Positions 9,889 through 19,079 of a DNA stretch of 55,631 bases are shown in pieces. Numbering within the stretch: the first letter of the stretch is position 1; each line of letters begins with the position of its first letter. Where the stretch lies: assembly GCA_029762575.1 (NCBI GenBank), contig JARVGL010000002.1, positions 1 through 55,631 on the forward strand, written 5' to 3'. Below the pieces are notes generated by a model. It was not told the DNA's origin and searched no databases. It worked only from the letters and a program-made list of their open reading frames with translations. The position numbers and the translations under genes are program-made. This DNA is from Thermoplasmatota archaeon. GTDB lineage: Archaea; Thermoplasmatota; E2; DHVEG-1.

Positions 9889-10812
9889 TTACCCCCGTTC
9901 CTCATCAAGCATGCCTACTATCTCGATATCTTCTTCGAATCTTCTCTCGTTTTCATCTTCTTGAAAGTCAAACGGGGAAATAAAACTTATTCCTTGTTTG
10001 GCATAGAGTGTTCCATGGGTCACTGCGGTCTTTGAGAGATGGATCTTTTGTGCGGTGATGGTTGAACCCATTACGGCTTCCTCATCAATTCGAATGATGC
10101 CTGATGTTTTTACTGGACCTTTTACATCAACATGTTTACCACAATAGATCTCGCCATCTGCCTGAATACCACCATGGATACGTGTGTTATCTCCGATGAA
10201 TGCCTTTCCTTTTGCTTCAAGGGTCCCACGAAGTATACATTTCTTTCCAATACGTATATCTCCATCTGTCTGAGATGTTTGTGACCCGATCATTGAACTA
10301 TTTGGTATGAATAAAAAGACCTCTGAAATCGGTATGGTGTCCCCTTCACTATCTTCCATCTCATCAAGTAACCGTTCGATCTCTGCACTATGTCCCATTT
10401 TCAGAAGTTGTGAGAGATATATGAAGATATAGATAACTATAGGGATGGGGCTTCGGATATTGATCCATCCTTTCGCCTCAAATCCTTTTTTAACTTCAAC
10501 ACTATCACCTACATCGAGATCCCCTGTCACAGATAAACGATCATCTACTGTTACCTTTTCTGCTAGATAGACATTTGCATTACTTTTCACACTCCCGCGA
10601 ACACGGGTGAAGATATCAACCCGGATATCTCCAGCACTTTCGATATCTCCATCAATGATTGCATGTTCTCCAATGAACACCCTGCCATCAGTCTTTATCC
10701 CAAATTGAATAAGACATCGATCTCCGATGATGACATCGCCAGTAGTATTGATTGCTTTTTCATCAAACACTGTATTATCAGGAATGACAAGCGTCCGTCT
10801 ATCAAAAACCAT
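9889..10812 (-). CDS. Bactofilin-like / beta-helix repeat protein
   Basis: Repeated (I/V)xGx(I/V)x(A/S)xGx(I/V)x(I/V)G units on both sides of a hydrophobic segment. Confidence 0.65.
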   Translation of the reverse strand: MVFDRRTLVIPDNTVFDEKAINTTGDVIIGDRCLIQFGIKTDGRVFIGEHAIIDGDIESAGDIRVDIFTRVRGSVKSNANVYLAEKVTVDDRLSVTGDLDVGDSVEVKKGFEAKGWINIRSPIPIVIYIFIYLSQLLKMGHSAEIERLLDEMEDSEGDTIPISEVFLFIPNSSMIGSQTSQTDGDIRIGKKCILRGTLEAKGKAFIGDNTRIHGGIQADGEIYCGKHVDVKGPVKTSGIIRIDEEAVMGSTITAQKIHLSKTAVTHGTLYAKQGISFISPFDFQEDENERRFEEDIEIVGMLDEERG

Positions 10813-10893
10813 ACCGTATGGGTATCAGTTCCGTTGTTATAAATGCAGCGGAATCAATAAATATGCAAATAGATAAATAAAATATGATGAAGG

Positions 10894-11349
10894 TTACTCG
10901 TGTAACCATTTCTCATCGATACGAGTATACACTGCAAGTTCTTTATCGCTGAACCAGAGGTTTATCTCAAAGGCTGCAGTATCTGGTCCATCTGAACCAT
11001 GAATGATGTTTCGCCCAATGAACTGTCCGAAATCACCGCGTATCGTACCCGGTAACGCTTCTATTGGATTTGTTTTTCCCATCATCGTTCGCACCATCTC
11101 TATGACATTGTCGCCTTCAAAGACCATCGCAACAACAGGAGATGATATGATATAGGAGACGGTCGGCTCAAAAAATGGCTTGCCCTTATGGATACCATAA
11201 TGTTTCTCTGCAAGATCTCTATCAACTGCAACAAGCTTCAATCCCACAAGTTTGATACCTCTTCGCTCGAAACGAGATATGATATCTCCGATGAATCCTC
11301 GTTGAACAGCATCAGGTTTTATCATGACAAATGTCCGTTCTTTAACCAT
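10894..11349 (-). CDS. ndk: Nucleoside diphosphate kinase
   Basis: [30 protein letters not shown]; start could be 11361. Confidence 0.97.
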   Translation of the reverse strand: MVKERTFVMIKPDAVQRGFIGDIISRFERRGIKLVGLKLVAVDRDLAEKHYGIHKGKPFFEPTVSYIISSPVVAMVFEGDNVIEMVRTMMGKTNPIEALPGTIRGDFGQFIGRNIIHGSDGPDTAAFEINLWFSDKELAVYTRIDEKWLHE

Positions 11350-11414
11350 AATATTCACCATAACACTAAATCATTAACCAGATGCATAATTAATTGATTT
11401 AAAGAATTAACGCT

Positions 11415-12173
11415 TCAGGTAAGAACCGTTTTTCCTATAATATATAAGGTAACACTTATCAAATTGAATAACATATGAGCACTAATAGCTGCATAGAGAT
11501 TCTTTGTTTTAAGTACGATATAACCAAGAAGGATACCAATAAGTCCAGTCATTACTGCAGGGACCACATTTCCTGAAGAAAGATGTGCAAGTCCAAATAA
11601 CAAAGATGTTACAACGATGGATACGTTATTGCCGTACAATGAACTGATCTTCTCAAGTAGAAACCCTCGAAAAAAAATCTCTTCAGCTATTGGTTGAAAC
11701 GTACTAATCAAAAGAAGGGAAGGTAGGGAAAAATAAAGCTCCAGATCCTTGATATTTCCCGCTTCCTCCGTGTTCACACCTACTAGTTGCAGTATCACAC
11801 TCAAACCAAGCATCACAACAAAAGCAGCTATTGCAGTAATAACACCCCAGGCTAGAGCCCTATCCAATCCTTCGGTTCGTAACCGTAATCTTGAAAACAT
11901 CTCCTTAGGACGAAGACGATTCACAAGAGCATACCAAAGCAAGGGAACTAAGATAAAGAGGAATACGACAAAAACGAACTGTAAAAGCAGGATGGCAACT
12001 TCAAAAAACACACTATAACTAGGATCGGTCGGAGGAATTTGACCTGTAGTTGAACCCACGAATATACCGTTAAAGAACGTTAAGATAGGTATTACAATAA
12101 ATACAAAGAGAGATGCAGCTACAAATAGTAGAGCAAACAGATGAGTCGGATTGCGATGATTAAAATCCATCAA
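11415..12173 (-). CDS. CPBP (CAAX/Abi) intramembrane metalloprotease
   Basis: EEIFFRG, FGLAH, AHMLFN; multiple TM segments. Confidence 0.9.
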   Translation of the reverse strand: MMDFNHRNPTHLFALLFVAASLFVFIVIPILTFFNGIFVGSTTGQIPPTDPSYSVFFEVAILLLQFVFVVFLFILVPLLWYALVNRLRPKEMFSRLRLRTEGLDRALAWGVITAIAAFVVMLGLSVILQLVGVNTEEAGNIKDLELYFSLPSLLLISTFQPIAEEIFFRGFLLEKISSLYGNNVSIVVTSLLFGLAHLSSGNVVPAVMTGLIGILLGYIVLKTKNLYAAISAHMLFNLISVTLYIIGKTVLT

Positions 12174-12200
12174 TTACCAGCAATCATCAAGGTTTAATAA

Positions 12201-12213
12201 AAGTTTTTAAATA
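12201..12213 (+). promoter_or_regulatory. Probable BRE/TATA promoter of tRNA-Pro
   Basis: AAGTTTTTAAATA about 30 nt upstream of the tRNA. Confidence 0.55.
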
Positions 12214-12243
12214 TGGTTGATAGATACCACATCAAGTAGCTTT

Positions 12244-12318
12244 GGGCCCGTGGGGTAGCTTGGTCCATCCTTTTAGCTTTGGGAGCTAGAGACTCCGGTT
12301 CAAATTCGGACGGGCCCA
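12244..12318 (+). tRNA. tRNA-Pro(TGG)
   Basis: Acceptor GGGCCCG/CGGGCCC, anticodon arm TTAGC-TTTGGGA-GCTAG, T loop GGTTCAAAT; no intron, no encoded CCA. Confidence 0.95.
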
Positions 12319-12452
12319 TTATCTTTTTTATCCATATGCTATGATTCTTTGATGAATATACAGAAATGTGATCATATGGACCTTCAAAGCTAGGAATAAA
12401 TGTTTGATGTGACAACAACGTTAATGTATCAAAACACAAATCCCTTCATCCT

Positions 12453-13106
12453 ATGAACATCCAATATATCTATGGAAAACAGTATGATTCCAATATCTTT
12501 ATCATCATAGGCAAAAAGACAACGGTCATCGATACGGGAACAGGGTTATATCATGAAGAAATAATCAAAAAATTAAAGGATATCATTGATCCCACCGATA
12601 TCTCCCAGATCATTCTTACCCATGAACATTATGATCACACAGGGGGAGTAAAAAAACTATTCGATTCAACTGAGGGAAAGGCTGAGATCATCGCTCATGC
12701 ATTTGCTTCCAGTAAGATTGAAAAAGGTGAGAGTTTTTTTGCAAAACTACTAGGTGGGGAGATGCCAAAGATGCATGTTGATTTAAAACTTAATGGAACT
12801 GAAATACTCCAGATAGGTGATGAGATGGTCCAGGTGTTTTCAACACCAGGTCATACACCTGGATGTATCTGCCTTTATAACAAAGAACAGAAAACGTTAT
12901 TTTCTGGAGATACTGTGTTTGCCAATGGGTCGTTTGGTCGATATGATCTACCCGGTGGAAATCTCACAGAACTCAAACAATCAATTCGATTCCTACATAC
13001 TCTAGATATTGAATCTCTCTATCCAGGTCATGAATCAGTAGTTGAAAAAGATGCAAATAAACACATCGCTCTCTCTTTACAACAAATTGAATCATTGAGG
13101 TTTTAA
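12453..13106 (+). CDS. MBL-fold metallo-hydrolase (glyoxalase II-like)
   Basis: THEHYDHTGG, TPGHTPG, FSGD, YPGH. Confidence 0.9.
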   Translation: MNIQYIYGKQYDSNIFIIIGKKTTVIDTGTGLYHEEIIKKLKDIIDPTDISQIILTHEHYDHTGGVKKLFDSTEGKAEIIAHAFASSKIEKGESFFAKLLGGEMPKMHVDLKLNGTEILQIGDEMVQVFSTPGHTPGCICLYNKEQKTLFSGDTVFANGSFGRYDLPGGNLTELKQSIRFLHTLDIESLYPGHESVVEKDANKHIALSLQQIESLRF

Positions 13107-13113
13107 AAGACAT

Positions 13114-13356
13114 ATGAATAAGATCCGTGATATCCTAAATGCGTTACAATGGGACAAAAAAGAAGATATCTCAGAAGTAAAGATTTTCTATATCGATAGA
13201 GGGGCAGTTCAAGACACTACCGTGATCACTGGAAGAGATATCAGGTCTGTTCATAAAACGTTTATTGAAACTAAAGAAGCTATGATACCACATCATCGAG
13301 TACTACGTATCATCTATAAGAACACAGTTGTATTTGACCGGTATCAGCATATTTAA
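13114..13356 (+). CDS. DUF504 / MJ1316-like small protein
   Basis: IRDILNALQWD, YIDRGA, IPHHRVLRI. Confidence 0.8.
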   Translation: MNKIRDILNALQWDKKEDISEVKIFYIDRGAVQDTTVITGRDIRSVHKTFIETKEAMIPHHRVLRIIYKNTVVFDRYQHI

Positions 13357-13411
13357 ATCAATAACTTTTTATCATTTCTTACTCTTGATTGTGTATATCA
13401 GTTGGGATACC

Positions 13412-14266
13412 ATGAGGATACAACCCATTGCATCCGAGTCACTTGGAGTTCGATCGATGTGTGTCTTTGTTGAGACAAAGGATTGTAGACTTCTCCTTGA
13501 TCCTTCCGCAGCATTAGGGCCAAAACGATACAAGCTTCCTCCAGCTGATCTTGAGATACAGACCTTAAAGAACATAAAAGAAGAGATACGTAAGAAAGCA
13601 GATAAAAGCGATATTTTTTCAATATCACATTATCATTATGACCATTATGATCCATCTGAAGAGTTCTATCAAGGAAAAACCGTATTTGCCAAAGATATAC
13701 AAAAAGATATCAATCTATCTCAGCGAAAAAGGGGAAAAGAATTTCAAAACAGGATAGAACAGACCTGTGATATCATCCCTTCAGATGATGGAGCGTTCAT
13801 CTCTGGAGATACGACGATAACGTTTTCACCACCCTTTTTCCATGGCCCTTCAAACATCCGTTTAGGCTTTGTGGTCATGGTGACCATTGATGATACAACA
13901 CAACGGGTGCTGCATGCTTCCGACGTACAAGGACCTGTGACCGAGCAAGCAAGGGATTATATCATTTCTCAGAGACCAGATATCCTTATCATGGATGGTC
14001 CACCAACGTTTTTTCTAGGGTGGAGATTCAGTTATAAAAACCTAGCTAGAGCATCAAATAACCTTATAGAAATCATTGAAAAGACACAATGTAAGGTACT
14101 GTTAGATCATCATCTCCTTCGCGATATCTCCTATCGATCCCATTTTCCAGATCCTTATACGCTATATCCTTCATCTATTCAGACCTTTGCTGAATTTCTT
14201 GGAACGAAGAACAAGGCTCTTGAAGCATATAGAAAGCAACTATGGGACGACCAACAAACAGATTAG
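13412..14266 (+). CDS. UPF0282 family MBL-fold hydrolase
   Basis: ASESLGVRSMC, ISHYHYDH, HASDVQGP, LDHHLLRD; start moved to ATG 13412. Confidence 0.85.
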   Translation: MRIQPIASESLGVRSMCVFVETKDCRLLLDPSAALGPKRYKLPPADLEIQTLKNIKEEIRKKADKSDIFSISHYHYDHYDPSEEFYQGKTVFAKDIQKDINLSQRKRGKEFQNRIEQTCDIIPSDDGAFISGDTTITFSPPFFHGPSNIRLGFVVMVTIDDTTQRVLHASDVQGPVTEQARDYIISQRPDILIMDGPPTFFLGWRFSYKNLARASNNLIEIIEKTQCKVLLDHHLLRDISYRSHFPDPYTLYPSSIQTFAEFLGTKNKALEAYRKQLWDDQQTD

Positions 14267-14538
14267 TCTTTGATTTCAAAAACGTTACAATTAACTGAGG
14301 TCTCCATAGGTATCGATATCACTTCTTTCACAGTGGCTTGAGATGGTCCTGTTTGGCACCAGTCCACCATTTGTTCAACCTTTTCCCTTTCTCCTTCGAA
14401 AATGGCTTCGACTCGTCCGTCATCGGTATTTCGTACCCAACCAGTTATTCCTAATGCAGCTGCTTGTTTTTTTATCTGTTCTCTGAAATATACACCTTGT
14501 ACTTTTCCTGATATCATTACGTGGACAGTATATGACAT
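14263..14538 (-). CDS. acyP: Acylphosphatase
   Basis: GKVQGVYFR, GWVRNTDDGRVE. Confidence 0.95.
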   Translation of the reverse strand: MSYTVHVMISGKVQGVYFREQIKKQAAALGITGWVRNTDDGRVEAIFEGEREKVEQMVDWCQTGPSQATVKEVISIPMETSVNCNVFEIKD

Positions 14539-14564
14539 ATCTATGTTCCTCCAAATTATTTTTA

Positions 14565-15899
14565 CTAGGGGCTGTAACGATTCATCGTTCGGGGAAATGC
14601 AATGGCATCCTTAATAGTATCAAGACGACAGATCCATGCAACCACCCTTTCAACCCCTACTCCATATCCTGAATGAGGCACCGAACCATATCGGCGAAGA
14701 TCGAAATACCATTGGTAGTTCTCAATTTTTTCTCCAGTCTCTTGCAGACGTTTTTTCATATAGTCTATATCAAGACCTCGTTGTGACCCACCAATGATTT
14801 CTCCATATCCTTCAGGGGCTATCATATCAAAGCAAAGAGCCGTCTTTGGGTTCAAAGGATCTGGTGGTTTATAGAAAGCCATTATCTCAAGAGGGTAATT
14901 TGTCACAACCACTGGCGTCTCAAAATATTGCATAAGAGTATTCTCCTCAAGGGTCCGAAGGTCCTTTCCCCATTGGATATTCATTCCTGCTTTTTCATTT
15001 AAGAGGGAGATAGCTTCATCATAGGTGATTGTCGGGAAGGGGGTGTTTGCCATTTTCTTTAACTTCTCACTGTCCTGGCCCAGAACAGTAAGTTCTCGAG
15101 GGTTTTTTTCAAGGACTTGTTGTATGATGAAACGGATCTCATCTTTAGCAACCTGGGTCAGTTCATCTAGTTCCATCCATGCTGCTTCCATCTCAGCCAT
15201 CCAGAACTCAGAAAGATGCCGAGATGTCTTTGATCTCTCCGCTCGAAACGTTGGACCCATATTGTATACCTTTCCAAGTGAGAATACTGCGGCCTCTGCA
15301 TATAACTGCCAGGATTGCGAAAGAAATGTTTTCGTATCGTAATATTTAACCTCGAAAAGAGTGGATCCACCTTCGCATTGGTTTGGTTGTAACACTGGTG
15401 CATCGAACTCGATATATCCATTATCTCGGAAAAAGGTATGGATCGCGCCAACTACTGTTGAACGCACTTTAAAGACTGCATTTAGCTTCTGGGATCGTAT
15501 CCATAGATGACGTTTATCCATGAGGAACTCAGGGCTTTGATCCTCAGTGATGGGAAACACCTCTGCGAATTGGATGACATGAAATGATTCCACCCTGAGT
15601 TCGTATCCCCCAGGTGCTCGTTTATCCTCTACCACTACTCCTGTGACAATGACGGAGGATTCAATGAGTGCTTTCTTCGCATCCTCGAATTCATCATCTT
15701 TTAGATTCCCTCGTTTCACTGTTGCTTGGATGATATTTGTACCATCACGGATAACAGTGAATACAATGTTACCGCTACTTCGTGTTCGATAGATCCAACC
15801 CTTGATAGAGACAACTTGATCTGTTTTTCCTCCATCAAGTATTTCAGTTATCTGGACAGGTGTGCTCTTAGGCATATCTTTCAAATCCACCATACGCAT
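14565..15899 (-). CDS. asnS: Asparagine--tRNA ligase
   Basis: OB-fold N-terminus, CEGGSTLF, TFRAERSKTSRHLSEFW, YGSVPHSGYGVGVER. Confidence 0.93.
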   Translation of the reverse strand: MRMVDLKDMPKSTPVQITEILDGGKTDQVVSIKGWIYRTRSSGNIVFTVIRDGTNIIQATVKRGNLKDDEFEDAKKALIESSVIVTGVVVEDKRAPGGYELRVESFHVIQFAEVFPITEDQSPEFLMDKRHLWIRSQKLNAVFKVRSTVVGAIHTFFRDNGYIEFDAPVLQPNQCEGGSTLFEVKYYDTKTFLSQSWQLYAEAAVFSLGKVYNMGPTFRAERSKTSRHLSEFWMAEMEAAWMELDELTQVAKDEIRFIIQQVLEKNPRELTVLGQDSEKLKKMANTPFPTITYDEAISLLNEKAGMNIQWGKDLRTLEENTLMQYFETPVVVTNYPLEIMAFYKPPDPLNPKTALCFDMIAPEGYGEIIGGSQRGLDIDYMKKRLQETGEKIENYQWYFDLRRYGSVPHSGYGVGVERVVAWICRLDTIKDAIAFPRTMNRYSP

Positions 15900-15986
15900 T
15901 GGTTTTGTACATCCGAAATAACGTTACCCTATAAAAAATTCATTCATTTAAACAAAACAGGATACAATACAAGCTATTAACAGGCC

Positions 15987-17252
15987 CTATTCAAATAAGA
16001 GTTGATCAGCATGGTCTAGGATTTTTTCTTTATATTGTTCATCAGTGATAATCATTAGATCCCAATCCGGTATCGAACGGATACGAATAGCATCTGCTAC
16101 CGGCGTAAACGCTGAAAGCGGCTCGATATGGGTTTCATCAACAACAGGTATATCTGTCTCTGTTATTCGTGGTTCGGCTTGAAGCAACTCCCGTCTAGGA
16201 ATATCAATGATGACATGGCCAGATGGGATGTTTAAAGTTTGTTCAAATGCTTGTTCTTTCTTCTGGCGGATGAGAGGATCCTCCAAAGATTTGATAAGAG
16301 CACTTGTCCTTTCATCTCTTTGATGGGCAGAGAGCATATATGCTTGTTTGAACAATTGACGATATTTCAAACGAGTGATGATCTCCTTTTGAAAACTTCC
16401 TTTTTCCTTTAGCGCATTCACGAGTTCAGCATCGGTCATTTTAAAATAGGGGAGCGGGTCGATATCATGTATCATCTCTATTGCTTTTGATAGCATGAGT
16501 TCACCTATGCGAACGGTTTTATGGAAATAGACTGAGGAGTACATAAGGGATCGGGCCATGAGAACATTTTCCACCGATCCTACTCCTTTTCTATGGATGG
16601 CAAGACGATTATCGTAAATCCCGATCGTTTGGAAAAACCGTTGACTATCGATCATACCATATGCAACACCGGTATAATGGGAATCCCTCAGAAGATAATC
16701 AAGTTGGTCGACATCAATGACACTGTTTAAGAGTTGACCTAGATACACCTGTTCCTTTACCTTTCCTGAGATTATCTGGGTAATACGATGTATATCAATA
16801 CCTTGACGCTCTAGGATATCTTTGATGCCTTGATAGTTAGCAAACGCAGGGAAATTTCGTTCATCTTCATGAAAAATAGAGTAATCCCCCTCTATTAGTT
16901 TCCTGGTAAGGTCTACATGGTCCACATGTAATGAATCTCTTAGGAGGGATTCCAACGTATGGGAAAAAGGACCATGGCCGATATCATGGAGAAGAGCGGC
17001 ACACATAAGGGATGTTTTTTCATCAGGCACAAGTGGTAATGAATCCGAGAGCATCGTTGCCATATAAAAGGTGCCAAGGGAATGCTCTAAGCGTGTGTGA
17101 TGAGCTCCAGGAAAAACCAGATGTGCTAGACCAAGTTGTTTGATATTACTTAGGCGTTGGATCTCTGGAGTTTCGATGAGTTCAATAAAGAACCCTGAGA
17201 CCTTGATATTCCCATGAATGGAATCTCTGATTATCTTATGATTCATTTTCAT
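15987..17252 (-). CDS. HD-domain phosphohydrolase (SAMHD1/dNTPase-like)
   Basis: IKQLG, HTRLEHSLG, LHDIGHGPFSH, DVDQLDYLLRD, VYFHK. Confidence 0.9.
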   Translation of the reverse strand: MKMNHKIIRDSIHGNIKVSGFFIELIETPEIQRLSNIKQLGLAHLVFPGAHHTRLEHSLGTFYMATMLSDSLPLVPDEKTSLMCAALLHDIGHGPFSHTLESLLRDSLHVDHVDLTRKLIEGDYSIFHEDERNFPAFANYQGIKDILERQGIDIHRITQIISGKVKEQVYLGQLLNSVIDVDQLDYLLRDSHYTGVAYGMIDSQRFFQTIGIYDNRLAIHRKGVGSVENVLMARSLMYSSVYFHKTVRIGELMLSKAIEMIHDIDPLPYFKMTDAELVNALKEKGSFQKEIITRLKYRQLFKQAYMLSAHQRDERTSALIKSLEDPLIRQKKEQAFEQTLNIPSGHVIIDIPRRELLQAEPRITETDIPVVDETHIEPLSAFTPVADAIRIRSIPDWDLMIITDEQYKEKILDHADQLLFE

Positions 17253-17359
17253 ATGGCTATTCTTCTAGAGCAGAGTATCTATTCAATAGTATCATCTAAT
17301 CGATTCTTATTGGATTCTTCTATGGATAATAGGGTAAAAGAGGAAAAAGAAGTATTTGA

Positions 17360-18427
17360 TTATACTTCCTGTAAGAGAAATGCACCAAGACATCGGAGAT
17401 TATCCTCATAGGTATCTGGGTACATGAACCGTTCCGCTGCAGTGATACTACTTAGGATGGAGTTTCCATCTTGAGGTGTGAAGCAGAAACCAATCACCTC
17501 GTTGTCATTTATCACATGAACGCTAGGGAGAACTGCAACGGTTTGATTTAGGATACGACCATAATGTCCATGGTCACGACCATAGGAGAAGACAAGGTTT
17601 GCTGCTTGTTTTTGGGTGACAGCGATACGTGGGTCCTTATTGTATCTATCAATCACTTCCTCTTTTGTTATCTTTGAATCAAGTTTGATATCATACCAAA
17701 TGCTGTGCATATATTGAGTATTTAATTTCAAGGCACTTGAGAATACATTAAGCTTCATACCCAGTGTCTCGTACAAGTGATAGACATCACGGGCATGATG
17801 GGTACCCATCTGTTGATCTTTATGAACACCTACCTCTGGTGAAGGTACATAGCTTTTTACTTGACTGATATCGTTTGCACGACGGATACAAAGGAATTTA
17901 CCTTCTTTAAGAAGATTCTTCTGTTTCTCAATAGCCAATGTTTTTATTAAAACTGCGATATTATGAGTGTTACAACTGACGACATGGATGAATTGGTCCT
18001 TTGGTGTAATTGCTGTATCGTTGATACCAACTGCATACATCTTTCCAAAACCGAATTCAGAACCTTGCGCAAGAAAACCTTTGATCGTTTTCTTATATTT
18101 CAAATAATACTTTTCCTTGTTCATAAGGCCCGTGCCCTTTGGAGTGCAGTCAATGACAACCGATGCACGTTTGATTGCCTCTTCAGCTTCATAAAGCGGT
18201 TCTAGACCAATGTCTTGAAAATCCTTTACCTTATCATCGGAAACGGCAAGGTTAGCACCTCGATTGATCAACCCTTTAATCTTTGGACGATCTAGGATAT
18301 TTGTGGTATGTTTATAGAAGGTGACCTCGTCGATGCCAAGATCTTTTTTCGCATCACACAATAATCCTATCAACGGTTCCCCTATCGTCCCCGTTCCTAC
18401 GACATGAACAATATTTCCATCTGTCAT
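17360..18427 (-). CDS. Divergent type II (archaeal) glyceraldehyde-3-phosphate dehydrogenase-like protein
   Basis: Rossmann VVGTGTIG, IDCTPKG, catalytic VVSCNTH, RRAND. Confidence 0.75.
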   Translation of the reverse strand: MTDGNIVHVVGTGTIGEPLIGLLCDAKKDLGIDEVTFYKHTTNILDRPKIKGLINRGANLAVSDDKVKDFQDIGLEPLYEAEEAIKRASVVIDCTPKGTGLMNKEKYYLKYKKTIKGFLAQGSEFGFGKMYAVGINDTAITPKDQFIHVVSCNTHNIAVLIKTLAIEKQKNLLKEGKFLCIRRANDISQVKSYVPSPEVGVHKDQQMGTHHARDVYHLYETLGMKLNVFSSALKLNTQYMHSIWYDIKLDSKITKEEVIDRYNKDPRIAVTQKQAANLVFSYGRDHGHYGRILNQTVAVLPSVHVINDNEVIGFCFTPQDGNSILSSITAAERFMYPDTYEDNLRCLGAFLLQEV

Positions 18428-18580
18428 ATTTCACTCCTCCCCAAGTCAGAGTTGGCAGGTAATCATACTAGGCCTTTTAATTGTTATCCTTTTTTAGAAC
18501 TATTTCATTATAAAAAAATTAGGGAATGTAAGATACATCTAGGGAATGATTTAAAAAGGAGCAGCTATTTCCCCTCATCC

Positions 18581-18796
18581 ATGGCATTACCATTGGATGT
18601 TCTAGAAAAATCAGTGAACCAGAAGCTTTCATTACTGTTGAAAGATGGTCGAGTTATAGAAGGGACACTCTCAGGGTATGATGAATATATGAACATGGTT
18701 CTTGCAGATGTTGAAGAAAACACTGATGAAACAAAAAGAAGACTTGGTACCATCATCCTTAGAGGAAATAATGTAGTGAGTATTTCCATAATCTGA
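18581..18796 (+). CDS. Sm/Lsm family RNA-binding protein
   Basis: PLDVLEKS, GTLSGYDEYMNMVL (Sm1), IILRGNNVV (Sm2); true start ATG 18581. Confidence 0.95.
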   Translation: MALPLDVLEKSVNQKLSLLLKDGRVIEGTLSGYDEYMNMVLADVEENTDETKRRLGTIILRGNNVVSISII

Positions 18797-18939
18797 TGGA
18801 ACCTTTCATTCACTCAAAAAACATCTTATTCTATCTCTTAGCTCCCTTTAGATTCTAGAAATTCTCTGCTTTGTATCTCTAGAAGGGTATCGGGAGGCAA
18901 AAATTATCGAAAAGCATATATACTGCATTTTAGTATTTG

Positions 18940-19022
18940 GTGATGGAAGGAATCGGGCTGGTAGTTTTTTGTTAGAGTGCATCCCATCCCCTCCTAGTGA
19001 GGCCAGCCTCCCTTCCTTTCTA
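18940..19022 (+). ncRNA. Candidate hairpin small RNA 1
   Basis: BRE/TATA-like AAAAGCATATATA at 18910-18922; stems GGAAGG/CCTTCC and GGGCTGGT/GCCAGCCT; U6 tract and C-rich loop; ends are estimates. Confidence 0.45.
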
Positions 19023-19079
19023 TAACCTTATTAAAAAAACATTTAAGTATAAACCTTTGTTTATATGCTCCCGATCTCT

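Noticed and set aside
12330..12379. TCCATATG/CATATGGA stem enclosing TGATGA and GTGA (C/D-box sRNA-like)
   Set aside because: The interior is only about 34 nt, with no proper CUGA or C'/D' pair; more likely tRNA trailer structure or chance.
12194..12439. 81-aa minus-strand ORF
   Set aside because: Antisense to tRNA-Pro; a typical artefact.
15987..17252. SAMHD1-like HD protein as an antiviral dNTPase system
   Set aside because: A widespread archaeal housekeeping-type family located among core genes, with no defence neighbours.
18404..18580. 59-aa N-terminal extension on Lsm
   Set aside because: Runs through the promoter and overlaps the divergent gene; homology starts at ATG 18581. The same applies to track extensions of hutH, Lrp, radB, arcC, DUF355, UPF0282 and transketolase.
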